Assembly: GCA_951406725.2 (NCBI GenBank)
Contig: OX597828.1
Coordinates: 38,192,001-38,256,000, forward strand
DNA length: 64,000 nt
Direction of reading: 5' to 3'
DNA from: Octopus vulgaris
Taxonomy: Eukaryota
A program made the translations under genes and the position numbers. A model generated the notes under the pieces. It saw only the letters and a program-made list of their open reading frames with translations. It made no database searches and was not told the DNA's origin. Of this stretch, positions 25,241 to 40,177 are shown in pieces. Each line of letters begins with the position of its first letter. Within the stretch, counting starts at the first letter, position 1.

Positions 25241-25739
25241 ATTTATATATATATATATATAGGAGATGTACTTGCATAGCAAATGACCTGATCTGAGATC
25301 GTGTGCTGGAATGAAAACAATTGCAGCGTGGAAGGTGTTTGTAAGCCATTTAAGAAACACAGAAAAACCGTTAGATTCACTTCAACATTTACATTTAATT
25401 TGTCAAAATATATTCGTCGCTTTGAAACAGCCACCCGCTCACTGACAAAATTCCGTGGTGCATCTGAGAAAGTAACAGTTAGTTTATATATATTTATATA
25501 TATACATACACACATACATAAAATATAAATTAGAGATAAAACCACTATTATGCAATTGATTATCAAGTTGAATCAAAAGATATTTTTCGGATTTTTACTG
25601 GTTATTTTTGGCAATTTCGTCTTTCCATGTTATATCATTAATTTGATACAACTTACTCAATCATTGCTGGATCGTTTCATTTCTATTTTCATATATAACA
25701 TAAACATTAATTACGTATTCTTTGTTTTACAGAATTAAC

Positions 25740-26020
25740 AATGAGCAGTGAAAAAATTGCAAATGGGGCCGTTTTTGGCTACCTGTGGAAAAGGAAAAAA
25801 AAATGAGAGCAAAGAGAGTGGTAAAAGAAATTGATGATGTGAAAGGCCCAGAAACTGTCAACGAACATGTGGTACAAAACTGGTTCAGACGTTTCAAGGA
25901 AGGTGACAGCAGCCTCGAAGACAAACCAAGGTCGAGAAGACCTGTTGTGGAAAATAAAGCCTTGCCTGAAATAGTTGAACAACAGCCAAGCATGGGCACT
26001 CGTACGTTGTCGACAACATC
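25740..26020 (+). mobile_element. Mariner (Mos1-like) transposase N-terminal HTH remnant
   Basis: [40 protein letters not shown]...[17 protein letters not shown] is typical of the mariner DNA-binding region. Confidence 0.85.
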
Positions 26021-26181
26021 AATCAACACCCTCATAAACTCGGCTTTGTTGAACGGATACTGTTTTAGTATATCATAAAAACAAATGTTAATATGTGTGT
26101 GTGTGCGTACGTGTGTGTGTATGTACACAGGCATAGATAGATAAATAGTAATGTGTGTGTGTATATATATATATATATATG

Positions 26182-26654
<473 letters not shown>

Positions 26655-27009
26655 TGAAAAGAGTTGAAATCATTCAGGAAAACAACAGCATAAGCAAAGA
26701 TTTAAACTCGGGAATGCATCATTTTAGAATTCACACTACTAGGAAGAGAAAATTCAGTGAACTCCTTTTGCCAGTCGAAAGATTCTATTCTCTGTAATGT
26801 TGAAACCGGCTGGAATAAATTTTATGACAATTTTTTTTATATTGAGCGTATTTTGAAATTATATAAACGTTTCAAGATATAAGTCGTAATTATGCAAAAA
26901 AAAAGTGCAGCTCCACTTGCTATTTTTCATATGTGTGAATGAGTTTATGTATTTGAGTATGTGTATGTATATGTATGTGTGCATTTATGTATAAATATAT
27001 GTGTGTATT

Positions 27010-27225
27010 CTTTTATTGTTTTTTCTTGCTTTAGTCATTTGACTGCGGCCATGCTGGAATACCGCCTTAAAGGATCTTTTAGTTGAAGAAATCGACCCCA
27101 GGACTTATTCCTTGTAAACCTAGTACATATTCTATCCGACTCTTTTGCCGAAGTGCTAAGTTCCGGGTATGTAAATTCCAATATCGGTTGTCAATCGATG
27201 GTGCAGGGCTATAAACACAGACACA
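27010..27225 (-). mobile_element. SINE family A, 3' half
   Basis: gtcatttgactgcggccatgctgg...ggttgtcaa. Confidence 0.8.
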
Positions 27226-27232
27226 TGCATAT

Positions 27233-27365
<133 letters not shown>

Positions 27366-27384
27366 CACACACACACACAAACAC

Positions 27385-28680
27385 ATTAGCAATGCACCCC
27401 GGCGTTGCCCGGGTGTTATGGCCTACAGCCACATTGTATTATTTCTTCGTTTCTCATGGGCAGAATCGGCACAGCTGATATATAGTGAACTGGATTACTG
27501 GAGTAATGGAAGTTCTTGTTTGTGTTAAACTTAAGAGGAGACGGTACAATTTGCATGTGTTTGCATGAAAGTGCTTTCTGTTCTTAACAAGGATCACAAA
27601 CTATATATTGTTTCATCGAATAAAAGGGGGTCAATACGATTTTGCCCATGAATCACGTTGTCAAAATTTTTATATTTCTCCCCGTCCCCACCGCAATTTC
27701 TTAATTTGTAACTTTTTTCGAATATTTTTTTCCACGTAGGAAAATACAGAGATTACGAATCTGGGAAATATATTTTTTTAAGTTTAATTTTCTTGAAGAA
27801 ACACTCAGTGCCCCTTTCTCCACCTCGCCCACCCATCAACTATCCGCTTTCAAAAAGCTAAAATCTCTCAATGTTTCACTTTCGTTTGATGTTTCACCCA
27901 TGCGTAGAATTGTACTGAAATAGCAAATGTAAAAAATACCAGGCCACCACCAGAAAACCAGACATGCTAGAAACAACAGGTAAACGATATTATTTCTAAA
28001 AGGCGGCGAGCTGGCAGAAACGTTAGCACGCCGGGCGAAATGCGTTGCCGTATTTCGTCTGCCGTTACGTTCCGAGTTCAAATTCCGCCGAGGTCGACTT
28101 TGCCTTTCATCCTTCCGGGGTCGATAAATTAAGTACCAGTTACGCACTGGGGTCTATGTAATCGACTTAATCCGTTTGTCTGTCCTTGTTTGTCCCCTCT
28201 GTGTTTAGCCCCTTGTGGGTAGTAAAGAAATAGATATTATTTCTGAAGGAACTTCCCTTCTTTCCAAAAAGATAAAAGTGAAACATTGGGAGTTTGTAAC
28301 TTTTTGAAAGCCGTGAGGTGGTGAGTGGATGTTTGGGAAGGAAACTTTGGTGCTTATTTACGAAAAGCGAAAGAAAATTCTTAAAAATTCGTAGTCTATA
28401 CTTTTATTTGGAAAAAAGTTTTTAAAATGTAAGTGGGGTGAGAAGGGAGAAATTAAAATATTGAAAACGTGTTTGGGGGGCGAAATCTTAATCTCCTGTA
28501 TTGAAAACATAGAAAACAGAAGTTGAGGGAAAAAATAAGGTGGGGGACCAAATGTCACCTTGGACATGCTGGAAACAACAGGTAAAAGACAGGATTTCTG
28601 GGGAAACTTCCTTATAAGTTTATATTGAAGATCAGGTTTTTAAATACGCTCATCACAGACACAAATTACAGAATAGAAAA
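27385..28680 (+). mobile_element. Non-autonomous Helentron/HINE-like element (tentative)
   Basis: Begins tagcaatgcacccggcgttgcccggg (short palindrome typical of HINE 5' ends); internal repeat gacatgct(a/g)gaaacaacaggtaaa at ~27960 and ~28563. Confidence 0.45.
27999..28232 (+). mobile_element. Full-length SINE family B with target-site duplication
   Basis: gatattatttct occurs immediately before and after the element. Confidence 0.9.
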
Positions 28681-28772
28681 AGGTAATTTCAATTGGATTT
28701 GAGCTGTAATTTTGCGCGTACACACAGCAAGAATTAACATAATTCGTACAAAAGTTTTACCTAGAGTGTGTG

Positions 28773-28850
<78 letters not shown>

Positions 28851-29720
28851 TGAGCGTGTGCGCGTGCGTGTCTGTGTGTGTGTGTATGTGTGTGTGTGCC
28901 AGAGGACTTTATTTTATGGTATTCCTTCGTTTGAAGCAGCAAAGTTGTCAACTCGATAATATGGTCGATCATATGGGATCATATGATTTATTCGTTAATT
29001 TCAATAAAAAGAAGAAGAGTAGACTCTGAAAGAGAGGAGAAAAGTGAAAAGATGACATTTGCTTTGAAGTGAGAGAAGATAATGAAAGATGTGTATAGGA
29101 AATAGACGTGTGCTTGTGTCTGTGTGTGCGTGGGAGAGAGAGAGTGAGAGAAAGTGAGTGAGTGAGTGAGTGAGTGAGTGAAGGTATGTGTTGTCATGTA
29201 TGTTTTTTTGCATGTATGTGTAAGTGGTAGTCAATCGCTCTCTCACACACACACACACACACACATTTTGTCTTTCATATATACGTACAAAAATACGTAT
29301 GCATACATCTGCGTTGTGTGTATGTGTGTGTGCGTGTGTATGTGGGAGAGAGAGTGAGTAACAGTATTTCCTCATAACATTTAGAGAACTGGATGTCTTT
29401 TAATGAGTGACTAATTCGGAAAAAACATTTTTTCATTGTTCACTCATCGTCACTCTCGCGATACAACACTGTAATTTGGGTTCAAATTGAAAGTGTGAAA
29501 CTATTTTCACTTTCTAATAAAACCTGGTCGCTGTAGAGCAATGTTTTTCAAATAACTATAGCTGGTTGTTGAGATAACATAGAAAATATATAAATGAAAA
29601 AAAGTCTATTTGGTAGCCCAAAGATTACTGAATCTTTTGATATCCCATACGTCAAAATCGGCAACTCAGTTTTCGAATGCATAAGGAATACACGCACACA
29701 CACACAAACTCTCTATTATA

Positions 29721-29770
<50 letters not shown>

Positions 29771-29799
29771 ACTATAAGAGAGAATCCACTATGTGGGCG

Positions 29800-29852
<53 letters not shown>

Positions 29853-30185
29853 CCCGGAACCATGTGTTGGTTAGTAAATTTCTTACCATACAGTCACGCA
29901 TATATATTTATGTAGAATGCTTCGAGTCACTCAACGCAGTTATCACGCCAAACATAGGAGCGTCGTAAAAAATTTGACAAACCACGTGTCTCGGGGGCAA
30001 CAAACTATCAACACCTCTTATTTTGATACAGTGTACATTAAATGTTATGCATATATGTATTTATGCTTGTATCTGCATTTATGTGTGTGTGAGTGTGTGT
30101 TTGTGTATGTAATAATGCATACATCCCTCAGGCAAACTCTTCTCTTGTTCTCTCCCCCTCTCTCTTTCCCCCTCTCTCTTCCCCC

Positions 30186-30252
<67 letters not shown>

Positions 30253-30539
30253 AGCAAAATTCGAGATTACCTGAATATAATAACCGGGTTCCATTCAAAC
30301 ATTCAAAAGTTGAGATTAAAAATCCTAAACAAAAATTTAGCTTCAAAGCAAAAAACACTTTTGCGACAGTCAAATGACATGGAATGTGCAGATGCACACA
30401 GCCAGTACCAACATCTCTCCTTCACCTCCCCGCCTTTTTTATTTAATTATCGCCCTGGAGGGTGGAGGGGAGTGGACAGACAGCTGACTAATTTTCGGCC
30501 CAGATTTTTAAGCAGTACGTTATGCATACCTGTACATAC

Positions 30540-30758
30540 ACTTTTACTCTTTTACTTGTTTCAGCCATTTGACTGCGGCCATGCTGGAGCACCGCCTTTA
30601 GTCGAGCAAATCGACCCCAATACTTATTTTTTGTAAGCCTAGTACTTATTCTGTCGGTGCCTTTCGCCGAACCACTATATTACGGGGAACGTAAACACAC
30701 CACCATCTGTTGTCAAGCGAAATTTGGGGACAAACACAAACACACAAATATACACACA

Positions 30759-30760
<2 letters not shown>
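30540..30760 (-). mobile_element. SINE family A, 3' half
   Basis: tttacttgtttcagccatttgactgcggccatgctggagcaccgcc... Confidence 0.85.
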
Positions 30761-30805
<45 letters not shown>

Positions 30806-30997
30806 ATGCACACACACACACGACTTCGACGGAATTTGCTCCTTTTCTGGGAGTAGTTTTGGTTTTGGTGTTGTTGTTGTTGTTGGTGGTGGTGGTGTTG
30901 GTGGTATCTGTATTTATCGTCGTCGTAGTGGTCTTCGTCAGAATAGCTGTGGTATGATGACATTGGGGACGGGTCTATCAAGAGTATATATATATAA

Positions 30998-31185
30998 CGC
31001 AGGATGGCTGTGTGGTAGGAAGGTTGCTTGCCAACCGGGTTCAGTTCCACTGGTTAAGTCCCATCGCGTGGCACGTTGGGCAAGTGTCTTCTACTGTAGC
31101 CTCAGGCCAACCAAAGCCTTGAGAGTGGATTTGGTAGACGGAAACTGAAAGAGACCCGTCATGTATATATGTGTGTGTATGTGTA

Positions 31186-31227
<42 letters not shown>

Positions 31228-31435
31228 TGTCTGTGTCTGTGTGTGTGTTTGTCCCCCACCATATCGCTTGACACCCGATGTTGGTGTGTTTACGTCCCCG
31301 TAACTTAGCAGTTCGGCAAAAGACACCGATAAAATAAGCACTAGGCTTACAAAGAATAAGTCCTGGGGTCGATTTGTTCGACTAAAGATGGTGATCCAGC
31401 ATGGCCGCAGTCAAATGACTGAAACAAGTAAAAAA
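30998..31435 (+). mobile_element. Full-length SINE family A
   Basis: Head-to-tail family motifs with internal (TG)n. Confidence 0.88.
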
Positions 31436-31564
31436 TATGTGTGTGTGTGTATAAATTATACGGCGGGCTTCTTTCGGTTTCCGTCACCAAATGCCCTGAG
31501 AAGGCTTTGATCGCCTCGAGGCTATAGTAGAAGGTCGCATCACGGTGGAGTAGATTGTTGAAAT

Positions 31565-31696
31565 CAGTGGCTTTGTGGTAAGAAGCTTGCTTTCCAGCTA
31601 CATGGTTCTGGGTTCAGATCCACCACACTACATATTGGGCAGGTGTCTTCTACTGTAGCCTCAGGCCGGTAGACGGGAACTGAAAGAAGCTCATTG

Positions 31697-31758
<62 letters not shown>

Positions 31759-31905
31759 TGTGTGTGTGTGTTTGTCCCTACAACCGCTTGACAACCGGTG
31801 TTGATGTGTTTACGTCCCCGTAACTTGGCGGTTCGGCAAAGAGACCGATAGAACGAATACCAGATTTAAATAAGTACTCGGGTTCAGTTTGTTCGACTGC
31901 TTTAG
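31565..31905 (+). mobile_element. SINE family A, degraded
   Basis: Family motifs. Confidence 0.8.
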
Positions 31906-32027
31906 TACATACATGAATATATATACATGTATGTATATATATATATATATATATATATACATTATGCATGTATATCTATGCATGCATGTATAATCAAGCG
32001 GGTAGCATGGGCGGTATATGTATGTGC

Positions 32028-32262
32028 AAGGCGGCGAGCTGGCAGAAACGTTAGCACGCCGGACAAAATGCTTAGCGGTATTTCGTCTGCCGTTACGTTG
32101 TGAGTTCAAATTCCGCCGAGGTCGACTTTGCCTTTCATCCTTTTGGGGTCGATAAATTAAGTACCAGTTACGCACTGGGGTCGAGGTAATCGACTTAATA
32201 CCTATGTCTGTCCTTGTTTGTCCCCTCTATGTTTAGCCCCTTGTGGGTAGTTAAGAAATAGG
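32028..32262 (+). mobile_element. Full-length SINE family B
   Basis: aaggcggcgagctggcagaaacgttagc...ccttgtgggtagttaagaaata. Confidence 0.9.
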
Positions 32263-33245
32263 TATATGTATGTATGTGTTTGCACACACATACACACACA
32301 AAGTTCGTGAAGGAAACACTTACATACAAATCCGCACATATATACGCAAATATATACATGCACACTCACACACACATACACACACACATACATATATAGA
32401 GAAACAGAAGAACTAAGAACGAACTTACCAGTTTCTCTATACAGCTCACTCCATATTATACCTGCAAAGGTTTATTTTCGTGTGAGCACAGTTGCGTAAC
32501 AACTTAATAACGGCTGAACCCGTCAACGGTCGAAGGTTTGCGCAATGATTATAAGCTGGGCTGAAGTATTTTGCTGTTGAGAGAATGCGTATACAGAGAA
32601 ATAAAGTAATTTTAAAATAGAAACCTCAACATTGAAACATTAAGTTTGTTTATTTTGTATGCTTTAGGGTTCTCCTTATCCTGTAAAGGAAAAACTAGAA
32701 ATATAAAACCAAAAAGAGATGAAAAAGAAGATAGTTAAAAAGCAAAAAATTGAATCATAAATTGTCATTATTTCTCTCTTTAACACAGACACACCAAACC
32801 AAAGGCTCAGTATTGGGGGTGATGTAAGCGACTTACCGCCACCCCCTCCCCGAAATTGCTGGCCTTGTGCCTAAATTTGAGACCATTATTTCTCACTCTC
32901 ACACAGACACACCAAACAAAAAATACGTACTTTCATACACATTACCGAGCGAACACGATCACTCGCCTATACACATATACACACATATGTTCCCATATAC
33001 GCATACACACAGAAAACGAAGGAAGTTCGAAACGTTCTCACGAGCCCATAGAAGTAGCAGTCAAATTTTTTTACAACTCAAATGGACTTTTTCCAGTCTT
33101 AATCGAAGGTCACATGGGACAATGGATTTCAGGATATTCTTAAAAAGACGTTTGCATTGTTATATCTTGAACCCTTTCTTTCTATGTTTTTAATATAGGC
33201 CGTCTCAAGCACTGACGGGCTGTGGTCCAAAAAGAACAAAAACAC

Positions 33246-33307
<62 letters not shown>

Positions 33308-33638
33308 CATACACACACACACACACACATACACACACACACAGATACACACATACACACACACAGATACACACACACAGATACACACACACAAACTCAC
33401 AAGCATGCACTTCAAATGTTCGCACGCCCCAAACACTCCCAAATTCTTAGACGTATATACATCATAAAATGCAAACATGGAGAGGAAGGGGAACAAAGAA
33501 TGATCTCTTTTCTATGGAGAACAAATGGACATTTTGATTCATTCAAAACGTAGGAAGTATATTTTTCTGAATTTACATTTCGGCATTAACACGAAGGTAA
33601 GTAACTTTTTAAAGAAATACGCAAATGCTTGCTTTTAC

Positions 33639-33748
<110 letters not shown>

Positions 33749-33971
33749 ATATATATATACATATCATATATATATATATATATGTACATACATATACATA
33801 TATATACATATTTATGTATATTTACATATATATATATATATACACATATATATATATATGCGTATGTGTGTGTATGTGTACATGTATATATATATATATG
33901 TATTTATGAATATATATATGTACGTATATATGTATATACATATATAAAAATATATATATGTGTATATATAT

Positions 33972-34192
33972 ATTTCTTTATTACCCACAAGGGGCTAAAC
34001 CCAGAGGGGACAAACAAGGACAGACAAACGGATTAATTCGATTACATCGACCTCAGTGCGTAACTGGTACTTAATTTATCGACCCCGATAGGATGAAAGG
34101 CAAAGTCGACCTCGGCGGAATTTGAACTCAGAACGTAACGGCAGACGAAATACGGCTACGCATTTCGCCTGGTGTGCTAACGTTTCTGCCAG
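33972..34192 (-). mobile_element. SINE family B
   Basis: Reverse-complement family motifs. Confidence 0.9.
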
Positions 34193-34195
34193 TTA

Positions 34196-34289
<94 letters not shown>

Positions 34290-34291
34290 TA

Positions 34292-34690
34292 TAGGCGCAG
34301 GAGTGGCTGTGTGGTAAGTAGCTTGTTTACCAGCCACATAGTTCCGGGTTCAGTCCCACTGCGTGGCACCTTGGGCAAGTGTCTTCTACTATAGCCTCGG
34401 GCCGACCAAAGCCTTGTGAGTGGATTTGGTAGACGGAAACTGAAAGAAGCCCGTTGTATATATGTATATATATGTAAATGCGTGTATGTTCGTGTGTGTG
34501 TTTGTCCCCCTAGCATTGCTTGACAACCGATGCTGGTGTGTTTATGTCTCCGTCACTTAGCGGTTCGGCAAAAGGGACCGATAGAATAAGTACTGGGCTT
34601 ACAAAGAATAAGTCCCGGGGTCGATTTGCTCGACTAAAGGCGGTACTCCAGTATGGCCGCAGTCAAAATGACTGAAACAAGTAAAAAAAA
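34292..34690 (+). mobile_element. Full-length SINE family A
   Basis: Near-consensus copy. Confidence 0.9.
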
Positions 34691-35055
34691 ATATATATAC
34701 ATACGTATATATGTACATATATACATATACATATATAGAAATATATATGTGTGTATATATATATACACATATATATGTATATACATATTATATACGAATA
34801 TATATATGCATACACACACACACACATAACACACACATACACACAACACAAACACGCACACGCACGCACACACACATGACAGACCTCTCCGTTTGCCAAA
34901 TCTACTCACACACAAACACATATATGTACGTATTTACGTATGCACGTATGTATATATTTAAGTATGTAGGTACTGTTTCGCGGTAAAGATGCTCAAGCTG
35001 GGGCATGATTCGTCCCAATATCTTTTTAACTACTTAGTATGTACATGAGTGTGAG

Positions 35056-35086
<31 letters not shown>

Positions 35087-35154
35087 ATATATACACGTGT
35101 ATATGCATATATATGTGAGTATAGATAGATAGATAGATAGATAAACAGAGAGAG

Positions 35155-35234
<80 letters not shown>

Positions 35235-35308
35235 GATGGATGGATGGATGGATGGATGGAGGGATAGATAGATAGAGAGAGAGAGGATAGATAGATAGAG
35301 AGAGAGAG

Positions 35309-35396
<88 letters not shown>

Positions 35397-35432
35397 TGCA
35401 TGCATGCATACATACATACATACATACATACA

Positions 35433-35466
<34 letters not shown>

Positions 35467-35789
35467 CATACATAGAAAAAGATACAGAGATGGTGGTGCC
35501 AATATCAGACGTGGAAGCGTAAAGAGCCATTTTAAATAGTTTTTTGAGTGTCTCCTTCTGCATTTATGCTGACTGCTCCATCCTAAATTAGTAGCTCGTT
35601 TATTTCTCCCATTATAAATAAGAGAAACACCTTTTTCTTACCAGTGTAGATTTTAAAAATATACCTTATAACACGTGGAATTTCGCGGGCTGGATAATGG
35701 CTGAAACTAACACCACCACCATCGACGAAAACAGTACTACAGTACCAGTAAGCTAACTAACAAGATATAAGTTCTCTTTTCGTTTTACT

Positions 35790-37062
35790 TTGACTCTACA
35801 ACTAAACCAAGATCTACTTCGATGCTATGAAAAAGCCCGTGAAGATCCTTCTATCGGATATACTAAGTAGTTAAAAAGATATTGGGACGAATCTTGCCCC
35901 AGCTTGAGCATCTTTCCCGCAAAACAACTTCGACAACAAGCATCTTTTTTTTAAAAGAAATGGCTTTCTCTCGTGATGGTAATCGATCTTCTCAAAACAT
36001 TGGAAACTGGACAAAACCTACGAGAGGAGAGGTCGACAATAATGTAAAAAAACCGCCGACATCATTAAATTATCGTGTCTCTCCAAATGTAACTGAGTCA
36101 ACAGTGACAGCTGTGAAATATACTCAACTTAGAAATATCCTCAAACCACAGTTAGCAGAGGAGGCACATGGCCTAGTGGTTAGAGCAGCGGACTCGCGGT
36201 CGAGGGATCGCAGGTTCGAATCTCAGACCGGGTGATGTGTGTGTTTATGAGCGAAACACCTAAGCTCCACGCGACTCCGGCAGAAGGTAATGGCGAAACT
36301 TCTGCTGACTCTTTCGCCACAACTTTCTTTCATTCTTTCCTCCTGCATCTTGCAGCTCACCTGCGACGGACCAGCGTCCCGTCCAAGTGAGGAACCTATA
36401 CCCCAAGGAAACCGGGAAACCGGCCCTTATGGCTCGAGAAAGAACAAACAACATATTTCGCAGAAAACGTTTCTACTTTTTCGAAACAGGCCATCTTTAA
36501 CAAGATTAAAAAACAATCCAACAACTCTTATGTCGAAAGTTATTGACAATATCGCTGGAGAGCACATGAAATCACGTGATGTTAATTACTGGAATACTAA
36601 TACTCTCATATATACAGCTGCCATCACTCTTAAAGGACAACTAGCAGAAATCTGCAGTATAGATGTGTTGTATAGTGAAACTACATACCTCTCCCGGTAA
36701 AAAGTGGTAGGTGTGAACCATTATAAATAAAGCTGTAGCCGGTCGTCAAGAGAAGGTGGAGGATCGAAGAGTTGAGAATCGACAGTTCTAGTCGCTGTCT
36801 TGTGGAACTATCAGCGATATTAAGACAGAAGAAGTTAGTGTATTACTATTCCGCTACAAAGTGATACAACGGTATCCGATAACTAGTAGCTATTGTGGCT
36901 GCTAGCATAAAACAGCAACTACAGTGCAACGGCAGTCACACATCACACCAGTGGGAGGAACCCACTTTACAACAACATGGTAATGAAACTATTAAACGGA
37001 AGCAACCTATATGGAAAAACAAAACTAGAAGAAAACATCAACGATCTACGCCGCCATATTAG
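35790..37062 (+). mobile_element. R4/Dong-type retrotransposon N-terminal ORF remnant, interrupted by two insertions
   Basis: DLLRCYEKAREDPSIGYTK*LKRYW...QLRQQ, NTLIYTAAITL and P.WK.KLEENINDLRRHI resemble conserved N-terminal blocks of R4-clade ORFs. Confidence 0.6.
36158..36452 (+). mobile_element. SINE with family D head and an alternative tail
   Basis: gaggcacatggcctagtggttagagcagcggactcgcggtcg...cctgcgacggaccagcgtcccgtcc...gaaaccgggaaaccggccc. Confidence 0.85.
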
Positions 37063-37064
37063 AT

Positions 37065-37252
37065 ACTCTTTTACTCTTTTACTCTCTTACTCGTTTCAGT
37101 CATTTGACTGCGGCCATGCTGGAGCACCGCCTTTAGTCGAGCAAATCGACCCCGGGACTTATTCTTTGTAAGCCCAGTACTTATTCTATCGGTCTCTTTT
37201 GCCGAACCGCTAAGTTACGGGGACATAAACACACCAGCATCGGTTGTCAAGC
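37065..37252 (-). mobile_element. SINE family A, 3' half
   Basis: Near-consensus 3' half. Confidence 0.88.
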
Positions 37253-38455
37253 ACACACAATGTTGTAAACCACAATTATAAACACCAACTACGACCGATT
37301 TGTAGTAGTAGAAATATTTATGATACAGCTAACATGGTAACACTTCCGGTATATAGAGTCGAGACGGCCTTATATACAAATAAATACAATAAATGCTCAT
37401 GCAGAGAAAAGTTAAAATGCCCTTTGATGAATTTCTGTATGTGTATAAACTTTACATATAACTGTACTGTGCACACAAGGGGAGGGACGTATGTTTACAT
37501 TGGGCAGACGGTCGATTCATTTAAGAATCGTTATCGTAACCATATTGCTAGCTTTAAGACAATCAATAAGAGACATTCAACATCTTTGGCAGATTTTGTA
37601 TGGCGACTGAAGGAGAATAAAATGAGGTACAACATTAACTGGTCCAAAGTAAAGCGCGCAGAACCATATGATATAATTTCCAGGAGATGCCGTCTCTGCT
37701 CCGAGGAATCCCTGTCTATTCTGTGGACTAACGAGAAGATCATTAACAGAATTTCTGAACGACTCTCGAGATGCCTATACGCATATAAATGTACCTTCGC
37801 ACAATGAAGTGGGAATGAATTTTGAGTAACCGTTAGCTTAAATTAATTTACTTTAAGGTATGGATGACTTAAGTTTACTTTTAACCTCCCCATTCCAATA
37901 AACACCAAGTAGGTAGATAATTCGCTTTGTGATCATGAGTATGCGTATGCTCACATTTTTGAAGATGCTTGTTTGAGCGAGTGCACTCGCGCCATGCAGC
38001 TCGCTCGAGGGCGTTTATACATCCATATCTGTTAATGGTTATTTTCAATACTTTTCTCGCTGGATTGCGTATTCGTTTCTCTTCGATTTTATTTTTGATC
38101 TTGTATATAAATGAAGATATTTCCTCCATTTGATTACTTTTCTCTCTAGAAAACGGAAGAGTCATTTTAACGAGTTCTATTTATTTATCACCCGATCTGC
38201 AAAACCGGATGCTCCTCAACCAGTTGTTGAGCTTACCACCAATGAGGGCCATGTTTTATTTTTCAGAGTTTTTCATGTGGTAATAGCGTCTTTAGGCGTC
38301 TATTTTTCTAGCGCGTGGAGAAGCTTATAGTCAATCCCTTGTTATAATTATGTATATAATTATGAAAATATTTGCAAAATTTACCTATAAGGCTCTTATT
38401 TCCGCGCCGACACCCAGGTAAAATCATTAAATATTTTTTTTTACCCTTTATTATA

Positions 38456-38460
<5 letters not shown>
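37253..38460 (+). mobile_element. Penelope-like element (Naiad-type) 3' fragment with GIY-YIG endonuclease ORF ending at 37807
   Basis: CSCR...CPL...C...FTY...YIGQT..SFKNRYRNH..SF...TSLA..VW.LK...I.W...A.PY...C.LC.EE..I...N...C; followed by ~650 bp of 3' region ending in (TA)n/(TATG)n. Confidence 0.85.
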
Positions 38461-38490
<30 letters not shown>

Positions 38491-38512
38491 TGTATGTATG
38501 TATGTATGTATG

Positions 38513-38552
<40 letters not shown>

Positions 38553-38644
38553 TAAATACATATATATACAAGTATATACTGTATATGCATACATATATAT
38601 ATGTATATACTGTATATGTAGATATATATATGTATATATACGTG

Positions 38645-38693
<49 letters not shown>

Positions 38694-39009
38694 ATATGTA
38701 TATATATGTATACACCCACGCGCACACACATATTTATATATACATATCACGTGAAGCTGATCTTAATTGCCAATTGGTAATTATGCTAGAGCTTCTGGAG
38801 GCGGAGATAATTTTAATAACTCGTGAATGTGTTGTATGCTACTTCATGCAACTGAATTTGTCTATTAGGGGTGGTTCCACGCTGCTCAAAATACGAAGAC
38901 ACCCGAACAAGACCCTTATTAACGGTTACAGTTTAAAGTCCTACCCAGGACAATTTATGCAGGTCAAACACGCTCCAATGGACACTCTGGGTTAATTTTT
39001 GTAAATTGT

Positions 39010-39212
39010 GTGACCCCCTTCGGTCATGAATGACCATGGAATTGCACCTAGAAAGTTACTCTCCGAGGCACAAGTCTGGGCAAGGTTGTTTATGGAAGAC
39101 CAGCAGTCGCCCGCGCATACCAGCCTCCCCTCTCCACGTCACCGATGTTATCCAAGGGAAAGGCAACAGCAGATACAGCTTGGCACCATTGACGTCGCAG
39201 CTCATATATTAA
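39010..39212 (-). mobile_element. SINE body family F (also at 56380-56597)
   Basis: cttcggtcatgaatgaccatggaattgca...gatacagcttggcacca is shared between the two loci. Confidence 0.8.
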
Positions 39213-39213
39213 C

Positions 39214-39502
39214 GTGAAAGTGGCTGAGCACTCCACAGACACGTGTACTCTTAACGTAGTTCTCGGGGAGATTCAGCATGACGTACAGTGTGACAAGGCT
39301 GGCCCTTTGAAATACGGGTACAACAGAAACAGGAAAAAAAGAGTGAGAGAAAGTTGTGGTGAGAGAGTACAGCAGGGTTCAACCCCCCCCCCTGCCGAAG
39401 CCTCGTGGAACTTTAGGTGTTTTCGTTCAATTAAACACTCACAATGACCGGACTGGGAATCGAAACCGCGATCCTACGAGCGCGAGTCCGCTGCCCTAAC
39501 CA
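39214..39502 (-). mobile_element. SINE family D
   Basis: Reverse complement of the 61116-61420 motifs. Confidence 0.85.
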
Positions 39503-39773
39503 TATATATATATATATATATCCGTAAATATTAGAGAGCCAACTTTGAGTATGTTACCTCTATGTGCTAGAAACAGACCCACCGGTAAAAGTCGCCGACG
39601 ATAATTCCACATAGAAATAGCACCACAGTCAACGCTATGAAATTAAATTACAACTAAATAATGGATTAATGTTGTACATATGTTTCCTCATCAACAAATT
39701 ATGCAGATTCTACTTACATAATTGTCTATGATTTAAGATTAAAATAATATCTATAATTTTATTCACCCTCATT

Positions 39774-39839
<66 letters not shown>

Positions 39840-40177
39840 TGCCTGTCTGTCTGTGTATGTGTATGTGCGCGCGTGCATGCATACGTATGTATATATGTTA
39901 TTAATTTGTTTTATTTCAAGATTTTACTTTTCTTCCATTGTCTAAACGAACGCTAACAGCTAGATCTATCCCTCCAGTCTGAATGCCTCTCTCCAGCTAC
40001 TGCTTGGATTTTGATTTCCCTGGGATTACTCAGAAAGAGGTGTACCTTCACGGAAATACAGACAAACCCCCATACGCTCCGGAACAAGATGAACTGTGAA
40101 CTTTAATCTTCTATCTGCTGCTTTATTCTTCTATCTACTGTGAATTCTCTGTTTGGAACTTTCCTGTATACACTCCT

